NCBI GenBank assembly: GCA_036498725.1
Contig: DASYEY010000083.1
Coordinates: 21,674 to 85,673 of the forward strand
Reading direction: 5' to 3'
DNA from: Verrucomicrobiia bacterium
GTDB lineage: Bacteria > Verrucomicrobiota > Verrucomicrobiia > Limisphaerales > UBA11358
Length of the DNA stretch: 64,000 nt
Part shown: one piece after another, positions 58,137 to 64,000 of the stretch
Layout of the letters: each line of letters starts with the position of its first letter
How positions within the stretch are numbered: the first letter of the stretch is position 1
Program-made: the position numbers and the translations under genes
The notes under the pieces: model-generated
Databases searched by the model: none
What the model was told of the DNA's origin: nothing
What the model saw: the letters and a program-made list of their open reading frames with translations, nothing else

Positions 58137-58282
58137 AATGGGTGGCTTTGGCTGCGCTGCGGCCAAAGTCGTGGCCGAGCGTAGCGTCAGGCGACGAAAA
58201 GAACACGTCCAGTAACTGACCACGCCACAAAGTGACTGCTGCGCAGTCATAATAGGCCGCGGCGCGACCTATTCCACCCATT
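58137..58282 (-). ncRNA. Candidate structured RNA / structured repeat, copy 2 of 3 (inverted orientation)
   Basis: It is closed by a 9-bp helix aatgggtgg/ccacccatt (58137-58145 with 58274-58282). H1 is 58251-58273 and H2 is 58234-58248. The core ggtggctttggctgcgctgcggccaaagtcgtggccgagcgtagcgtcaggcgacga lies at about 58141-58196. Confidence 0.45.
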
Positions 58283-58340
58283 CTAGAATTTGTCTTCAAA
58301 ATGGCATTCCATTGGCAACGAAAGGGATTTCTTGATACTA

Positions 58341-58475
58341 GCCCCACCTTTTAAGGTGGGTTTACATGATGGCTCAATAAAAAGTCCCGTAGGGACGGCA
58401 GAAAAATTCTTTCGTCCCCCTGGGACTTTCATTTTCTAGACGATAATTATCCCAGTGTTAAAACACTGGGCTATT
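58341..58475. repeat. Cluster of short GC hairpins (REP-like)
   Basis: The hairpins are cccacc-ttttaa-ggtggg, gtccc-gta-gggac, cgtcccc-ct-gggac and cccagtgtt-aa-aacactggg. The unit style is the same as at 12995-13140. Confidence 0.65.
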
Positions 58476-58778
58476 CTCAAAAAAATAGCTTAAAGACACG
58501 CCCTGGACCCTCCGTTCCGTTCTATCGAATTTAATTCTGCTAACGGTTCTTCAGAACCGCAGCCGTCGATTTTTTATTTCCTCTGCCAACTGGATCAACA
58601 GCGAATGTGGACTTGCTGTCATTCCAGTTTCAATTTCTCCCCGCCACCACGTCAGGAACAGACACGAACCGGAAACAAATGAGGAGCGGGCTGGAATTTT
58701 TCTGATTTTGTTCCATTGTGAAGCGAGAGACATACTTCGTCTGCAAAGTTGCCGGTTAAACAACCAAAGAAATATTTT

Positions 58779-59786
58779 ATGAATTATGTAAAGTTGGGAA
58801 ATACGGGCCTCCAAGTATCGCGCGTTTGCCTGGGCTGCATGAGCTATGGCCAGACCAAAGTGACTCCCTGGCCCGGCATGCTCAATTGGGCCTGGACCTT
58901 AAATGAAGCGGATAGCCGTCCATTCATCAAACGTGCTTTGGAATTAGGCGTGAATTTCTTCGATACCGCCAATGTCTATTCCATTGGCGAAAGCGAAGCC
59001 GTCTTGGGGCGCGCCATCCGCGATTTTGCCCGCCGTGATGAGCTCGTTATCGCCACCAAGGTCAATGGTGCAGTTCGACCGGATGTCAATGGTCGCGGTC
59101 TGTCACGCAAAGCGATTTTGACGGAAGTTGACCAGAGCTTGAAACGACTGGGCACGGACTACATTGATCTCTACATCATTCATCGGTTCGATTATCAAAC
59201 TCCGCTCGAAGAAACTTTGGAAGCCCTCAACGATGTCGTCCGGTCCGGCAAAGCGCGTTATCTCGGAGCCTCGTCAATGTATGCCTGGCAAATGATGAAG
59301 GCCCTCGGCATTCAGCGGGCAAATCGGTGGGCGCCCTTTGTCTCCATGCAAAATTATTACAATCTGCTCTATCGCGAGGAAGAACGTGAAATGCTGCGTT
59401 TATGTCTGGCGGAAGGCATCGGAGTGACTCCCTGGTCACCGCTGGCGCGTGGCCGTCTGGCCCGCCCGTGGACTGACGAACCACCCACCGAACGCGCCAA
59501 GACTGATAATTTCGCCAAGACGTTGTACACCAAAACGACCGACATTGATAAGCCGGTCGTTGATCGCGTCAATGAGATCGCGCAAAAACGAGGATTGCCA
59601 CCCTCGCAAATCGCGCTGGCGTGGTTGCTGCACAAGCCGGTGGTCACTTCACCGATTGTGGGCGCAACCAAACCGCATCATCTCGAAGATGCGGTCGCAG
59701 CGCTTTCCATCAAACTTTCGGAAACAGAAATCAAACAACTGGAAGAACTGTATCAACCACATCCAGCGACCGAGGCATTCTCTTGA
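58779..59786 (+). CDS. Aldo/keto reductase
   Basis: 'MNYVKLGNTGLQVSRVCLGCMSYG', 'FFDTANVYS.GESE' and 'IDLYIIHRFD' are present. Confidence 0.9.
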   Translation: MNYVKLGNTGLQVSRVCLGCMSYGQTKVTPWPGMLNWAWTLNEADSRPFIKRALELGVNFFDTANVYSIGESEAVLGRAIRDFARRDELVIATKVNGAVRPDVNGRGLSRKAILTEVDQSLKRLGTDYIDLYIIHRFDYQTPLEETLEALNDVVRSGKARYLGASSMYAWQMMKALGIQRANRWAPFVSMQNYYNLLYREEEREMLRLCLAEGIGVTPWSPLARGRLARPWTDEPPTERAKTDNFAKTLYTKTTDIDKPVVDRVNEIAQKRGLPPSQIALAWLLHKPVVTSPIVGATKPHHLEDAVAALSIKLSETEIKQLEELYQPHPATEAFS

Positions 59787-61241
59787 TTGCCCAGCATGAC
59801 TGATAAACCTGAGGTAAAGACCGATATCGCAAGCGACGCCGCAAAACGTCTCTTGCCCTGGCTTGTGGCCGTCGCCTTCTTCATGGAATCGCTCGATACG
59901 ACGATTCTGAATACAGCAGTACCGACAATCGCCCAGGCGCTCGGCGTCACGCCGCTGAACATGAAGGCGGTCCTTTCCAGCTATACCTTGAGTTTGGCCG
60001 TGTTCATTCCGATCAGCGGTTGGATGGCAGATCGTTTTGGTACCCGCCGGGTATTCTCCTCAGCCATTGGTCTCTTCACCTTGGGATCATTTCTCAGCGG
60101 CATCTCAAGCAATATTCATGTATTGGTTGCCTGTCGGATTTTACAGGGTGCGGGCGGGGCGATGATGGTGCCCGTGGGGCGCATGACTTTGGTGCGCACT
60201 TTTCCCAAGACCGAACTCATCCGCACCATGAGCTTCGTTGCCATGCCCGCCCTGATCGGCCCCATGCTCGGCCCCATCGCCGGGGGATTGATCGTGGGTT
60301 ATTTTCATTGGCGCGCCATTTTCTTCCTCAACCTGCCTATTGGTTTGATTGGCTTATTCATGGTCTATCGACATTTGCCGGATTATCGTGAAGCCCAATC
60401 CAAGCCGCTTGATCTCGCCGGCCTGATTCTATTCGGCATTGGCATTGGCTTGCTGGCGTATGTGTTGGAAATCTTTGGCGAACATACTTTAAGCGCCCAG
60501 GACTTGCTGATTCTACTGGCCATTTCCGCCGCGTGTCTGACGGGTTATGGACTGCGCGCAACCCGCATCCAATTTCCCCTGCTCCGATTGCCACTCTTTC
60601 GCATTCGCACCTTTCGCGCCTCCGTCAGTGGCAATTTCCTGACCCGGCTTGGCATCGGCGGGATTCCCTTTCTCTTTCCCCTGCTATACCAAGTCGGCTT
60701 CGGATTCACGCCCATCCAATCTGGCTTGCTCATGATGCCGCAAGCCCTCGCCGCCATGAGCTTAAAATTGGCGACACCAAAAATATTAAAGCGCTTTGGT
60801 TATCGGCGGGTGTTGATCTCCAACACAATCGTTCTGGGCTTGCTGATCGCCTCCTTTGCGACCATCGGACCCAACACTCCGGTTTGGGTCATTGTCTCCC
60901 AGGTGTTTATCTTCGGGTTTTTCACGTCATTGCAATATACCAGTATGAACACTTTGGTTTATGCGGATGTCGCTGCGGAACAAACCAGCAGTGCCGGCAC
61001 CATCACGAGCACAGTGCAACAGATGTCCATCAGTTTCGGCATCGCGACGGCATCACTGATCACGGCGTTTTTTATTCCTGATCACCTTCACACCAGTGCA
61101 CCCGCCATGATTCAAGGGGTTCACAAAACGTTTTTGGTTTTGGGCGGATTGACGATTCTTTCCACCCTGATTTTTCGTGAATTAAAAGACGACGACGGCG
61201 ACACAGTGAGCCTGCATAAATCGCTTCAACACGCCGGATAA
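59787..61241 (+). CDS. MFS transporter, DHA2 (EmrB/QacA-like, 14-TMS) family
   Basis: 'FMESLDTTILNTAVPTIAQALG' and 'GWMADRFGTRRVF' are present, with about 14 hydrophobic segments. The start is TTG 59787 or ATG 59796. Confidence 0.85.
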   Translation: MPSMTDKPEVKTDIASDAAKRLLPWLVAVAFFMESLDTTILNTAVPTIAQALGVTPLNMKAVLSSYTLSLAVFIPISGWMADRFGTRRVFSSAIGLFTLGSFLSGISSNIHVLVACRILQGAGGAMMVPVGRMTLVRTFPKTELIRTMSFVAMPALIGPMLGPIAGGLIVGYFHWRAIFFLNLPIGLIGLFMVYRHLPDYREAQSKPLDLAGLILFGIGIGLLAYVLEIFGEHTLSAQDLLILLAISAACLTGYGLRATRIQFPLLRLPLFRIRTFRASVSGNFLTRLGIGGIPFLFPLLYQVGFGFTPIQSGLLMMPQALAAMSLKLATPKILKRFGYRRVLISNTIVLGLLIASFATIGPNTPVWVIVSQVFIFGFFTSLQYTSMNTLVYADVAAEQTSSAGTITSTVQQMSISFGIATASLITAFFIPDHLHTSAPAMIQGVHKTFLVLGGLTILSTLIFRELKDDDGDTVSLHKSLQHAG

Positions 61242-61242
61242 A

Positions 61243-61803
61243 TCAATGCCGGGCTTTTGCTGCCATCAATTCCAGCTCGGGATTTTCGAGATTCAATAGC
61301 TGGCGCTTCCGTTCCAGCCCACCAGCAAAACCATGCAAGCCACCGTTTTTCCCCACGACCCGATGACAGGGAATGATGATGGAAATGGGATTGCGCCCGG
61401 TGCTGGTCCCGGCAGCGCGGATGGCCTCAGGCTGGCCGGCTTGTTGAGCCAGATCGCTGTAACTGACAGTTTTTCCGTAAGGTATGACCGCAATATTTTT
61501 CCAGACGGCTGTTTGAAAATCCGTGCCAATCGGGCTGAGCGGCAATGAGAAAATTTTCCGGCGGCCCGCAAAATATTCCTGCAATTGTTTCCTGGCCGAT
61601 TGCAAAATGGGATGTTCCGCCTTCGGTTCCCATTGTTTGCTTGCGGCTGGCAAATGTTTGCAGCCGACAAAATAAACTCCCTTTAACGCCGCCGCATCGG
61701 CCACCAACATCAGGTCGCCCACCGGACTCGGTACAATCACATAATAATTTTCCCTTCTCGCTCCATCGGTCCGGGCCGGTTTCGTCTTCAATTTTGCTTT
61801 CAT
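61243..61803 (-). CDS. ogt: Methylated-DNA--protein-cysteine methyltransferase
   Basis: The active site is 'IIIPCHRVVGKNGGLHGFAGG'. The start is ATG 61803; the ORF track extends to 61923. Confidence 0.9.
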   Translation of the reverse strand: MKAKLKTKPARTDGARRENYYVIVPSPVGDLMLVADAAALKGVYFVGCKHLPAASKQWEPKAEHPILQSARKQLQEYFAGRRKIFSLPLSPIGTDFQTAVWKNIAVIPYGKTVSYSDLAQQAGQPEAIRAAGTSTGRNPISIIIPCHRVVGKNGGLHGFAGGLERKRQLLNLENPELELMAAKARH

Positions 61804-61834
61804 GTTTCCACCATAGCTGGAATCAAAAAGATTG

Positions 61835-61888
61835 CTGGCCATTTTCGGACATGAAGACAAAATCATTTTGATGTCCGAAAATGGCCAG
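61835..61888. promoter_or_regulatory. 54-bp palindrome in the ogt / adaA-alkA divergent promoter
   Basis: The perfect 18-bp arms are ctggccattttcggacat (61835-61852) and atgtccgaaaatggccag (61871-61888). The spacer itself contains caaaat-c-attttg. Confidence 0.6.
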
Positions 61889-61921
61889 ATGCTGCCAGCA
61901 TAAAGGGTTACAAAATCCATC

Positions 61922-63400
61922 ATGCAACTCGATCCAAAAATCCTTTACCAAGCGCTGCTCGCGCGGGACACGCGTTTTGACGGCACCTTTTTTACCGGGG
62001 TTACTTCCACCGGCATTTATTGCCGGCCGATCTGCCCGGTAAAACCGCCCAAGCTCGTAAACTGCCGGTTTTATGAACACGCTCCGGAAGCTGAATCGGC
62101 GGGATTTCGTCCCTGCCTCCGATGCCGCCCCGAACTGGCGCCGGGCAATGCTCCCGTGGATAATTCCAAACGGATCGCTCATCGGATTGTCCAACGCATT
62201 GAAGCCGGCAATCTCGAAGAAAAGGCGGCGCTGGAAGCGGTTGCCGACGAATTCAAATTAAGTTCGCGGCAAATCCGGCGCATCATTCAAAAAGAATTAG
62301 GCGTGGCGCCGATCCGGTTATTGCTCACCCGCCGGTTGTTATTGGCCAAGCAATTATTGACCGAAACAAAATTGCCGGTCATCGAGATCGCCTTTGCCAG
62401 CGGCTTCGCCAGTTTGCGCCGCTTTAACGATGCGTTCAACCGGCGCTATGGCATGCCGCCTACCCGCTTGCGCCGCTCCGCCGCCGCGAACGACGGGCCA
62501 ATGGCCAGCACGGATACCATCACCCTGCAACTGGCGTATCGTCCGCCGTACGATTGGCCGGGCGTGCTGGCTTTTCTCAAGACGCGCGAATTGAAAGGCG
62601 TTGAGTGGGTGACGGAACATTTTTATGCCCGCACAGTGCAGCTTGGCGAGCAGCGGGGTTGGATCAAAGTCACGCTGGCACCAAAGAAAAATGCGTTACT
62701 ATTGGAATTCACGCATAATTTGATCGCCGGTTTGCCAGCACTGTTACGACGGGTGCGGGATTTGTTTGATCTGGACGCACGACCAGACGTCATCGCCAAA
62801 CATTTCGAGCATGACCAACATCTGGCTTCGATCATCAAAGCCAATCCCGGACTGCGCGTACCTGGTGCCTTCCATGGCTTTGAACTCGGATTGCGCGCCA
62901 TCCTCGGCCAGCAGATCACCGTGAAAGCGGCCACAACCATCGCCGGGCGGATGGCAACCGCTTTTGGTGAACCGATCACCACGCCCTATCCAGAACTCAA
63001 CCGACTGACACCGTCGGCCGGGCGCATTGCAAAAGCCAGCGTGGATAGTGTGGCCAAGCTGGGTATCGTGAAGGCCCGTTGCCAAAGTTTGATCGCATTG
63101 GCCAAAGCACAAAAATCCGGAGAAGCATCGCTGGACGATGACACCCATTCCGATCCCGAAGAGATTATTCGACACCTGGTGACTTTGCCCGGTATCGGTC
63201 AGTGGACCGCGCATTATATTGCCATGCGAGCCTTGCGCTGGCCGGATGCTTTCCCCAAGGAGGACATTATCGTGCGCCGGGAGCTTGGTGGCGTTACGGC
63301 CAAACAAGCCGAAGAGTTGGCGAAAGACTGGCGTCCATGGCGAAGTTATGCGGTGCTGCACCTTTGGCGAAAAGCTAAACAATCATCAGCCGCTTTTTAG
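61922..63400 (+). CDS. Bifunctional Ada-N (Zn methylphosphotriester sensor)/AraC-HTH regulator fused to AlkA DNA-3-methyladenine glycosylase II
   Basis: 'RDTRFDGTFFTGVTSTGIYCRPICP' and 'GFRPCLRCRP' form the Ada Zn-binding part. 'IAFASGFASLRRFNDAFNRRYGMPP' is the AraC HTH. The C-terminal HhH-GPD part includes 'LPGIGQWTAHYIAMRAL..PDAFP..D'. Confidence 0.85.
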   Translation: MQLDPKILYQALLARDTRFDGTFFTGVTSTGIYCRPICPVKPPKLVNCRFYEHAPEAESAGFRPCLRCRPELAPGNAPVDNSKRIAHRIVQRIEAGNLEEKAALEAVADEFKLSSRQIRRIIQKELGVAPIRLLLTRRLLLAKQLLTETKLPVIEIAFASGFASLRRFNDAFNRRYGMPPTRLRRSAAANDGPMASTDTITLQLAYRPPYDWPGVLAFLKTRELKGVEWVTEHFYARTVQLGEQRGWIKVTLAPKKNALLLEFTHNLIAGLPALLRRVRDLFDLDARPDVIAKHFEHDQHLASIIKANPGLRVPGAFHGFELGLRAILGQQITVKAATTIAGRMATAFGEPITTPYPELNRLTPSAGRIAKASVDSVAKLGIVKARCQSLIALAKAQKSGEASLDDDTHSDPEEIIRHLVTLPGIGQWTAHYIAMRALRWPDAFPKEDIIVRRELGGVTAKQAEELAKDWRPWRSYAVLHLWRKAKQSSAAF

Positions 63401-63430
63401 CGTTTGATCATGGCATTGGCACATAGCTGC

Positions 63431-63580
63431 CATGGGTGAAATCGGTCGCGCTGCGACTGATTTTGCCTGTGCCACAGGCACTTGGTGGCATGCTTTTGTA
63501 GTGGGGCGCTCTATTTCGTCGCCTGGCGCTGCGCTCGGCGACGACTTTGGCCGCAGCGCAGCCAAAGCCACCAACTGGGC
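63431..63580 (+). ncRNA. Candidate structured RNA / structured repeat, copy 3 of 3
   Basis: Hairpins are H1 63438-63462, H2 63464-63478, H3 63515-63543 (perfect 8-bp stem) and H4 63545-63565. The blocks acttggtgg and gcgcagccaaagccacc are present. Confidence 0.45.
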
Positions 63581-63625
63581 CAAGGTGGCTGTGTTTTGCC
63601 ATGGTTATTTAGAACTTGTCCGAAA

Positions 63626-63705
63626 AGAAATCAGCGGCGATTTCTGCTCTTCCTCATCGTCATCATCGTCGTCCTCGAAAAATCTTCTATAACTCGAGGA
63701 GGATG
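63626..63705. repeat. Two hairpins, the second built on the same (TCN)-rich motif as 10061-10084
   Basis: The first is gaaatc-agcggc-gatttc (63626-63643). The second has cctcatcgtcatcatcgtcgtcctcga (63651-63677) pairing imperfectly with tcgaggaggatga (63693-63705). Confidence 0.6.
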
Positions 63706-63735
63706 ACCAAGGAGGCGCATCAAATTGTTTCCCCC

Positions 63736-63915
63736 TAGAGCGGTTCAAGAAATACTGTAGCCATTCGGGAAGAAAAGAACAGCTGCGGTCTTTTTGGGTT
63801 TTGGCGTCGTTTCGGCTCCGTCACAGGTTTTTTCAAACCTGCTCCTTCGCCGAAGCCTCGCCAAAACCCAAAAATCTTCGCTCCGAACGGCCACAGTATT
63901 TCTTGAACCGCTCTA
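63736..63915. mobile_element. ~180-bp extended palindrome / MITE-like element
   Basis: The outer arms tagagcggttcaagaaatactgt (63736-63758) and acagtatttcttgaaccgctcta (63893-63915) are perfect. Inner arms tttttgggttttggcg / cgccaaaacccaaaaa pair, as do the central caggttt / aaacctg. No ORF is present. Confidence 0.5.
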
Positions 63916-64000
63916 AACAGTCCGTGTACGGCTCTTTATTGCCTTCAATCTCATGTGCAAGCGCCCGCAAATCTTCGACAACCAGGCGGGAGCAAGGGTG

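Overview
The 64 kb window looks like chromosomal DNA from a PVC-group bacterium, most likely Verrucomicrobiota. This is an inference from two DUF1559/prepilin-type '[18 protein letters not shown]' proteins, a PEP-CTERM tail, giant Ig/LamG-rich secreted proteins and many glycoside hydrolases.

Layout:
- 1-5.2 kb: housekeeping genes. These are an lpxK / lipid-A acyltransferase / GT9 heptosyltransferase operon, ilvN-ilvC, and a zinc-ribbon MoxR ATPase.
- 5.2-6.8 kb: an AT-rich BNR-repeat gene sitting between decayed duplicate copies of the neighbouring ilvN 5' end and the MoxR zinc ribbon.
- 6.9-58 kb: a carbohydrate-degradation region. It carries GH63-like x2, sialate O-acetylesterase-like, alginate-lyase-like/beta-helix, esterase, GH3, GH78, GH97, NPCBM-GH27 and GH29 genes. 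Interleaved with them are two paralogous NarL/LuxR-type two-component systems whose kinases have large carbohydrate-binding-like sensor domains, and a family of large secreted lectin-like proteins.
- 55.0-55.5 kb: a transposase remnant and tRNA-Ser(CGA).
- 58.7-63.4 kb: AKR, MFS, ogt and an AdaA-AlkA fusion.

Observations I consider most worth follow-up:
1. A ~150-nt element is present three times (10.19, 58.14 and 63.43 kb). Its four hairpins are kept paired by compensatory base changes, so it is a candidate unannotated structured RNA or structured repeat family.
2. A 20-bp palindrome, TACCCTC-N4-GnGGGTA, lies about 100-150 nt upstream of three paralogous secreted-protein genes. One copy is in the GH78-HK-RR divergent promoter. 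It is a candidate operator for the NarL-type regulators.
3. Two recurrent uncharacterised protein modules occur in the secreted proteins: an N-terminal 'QI[IV]YSNNF...WN' domain (four copies) and a C-terminal 'FYR[LVG]' tail (five proteins).

All family assignments come from motifs read by eye. No database search was possible.
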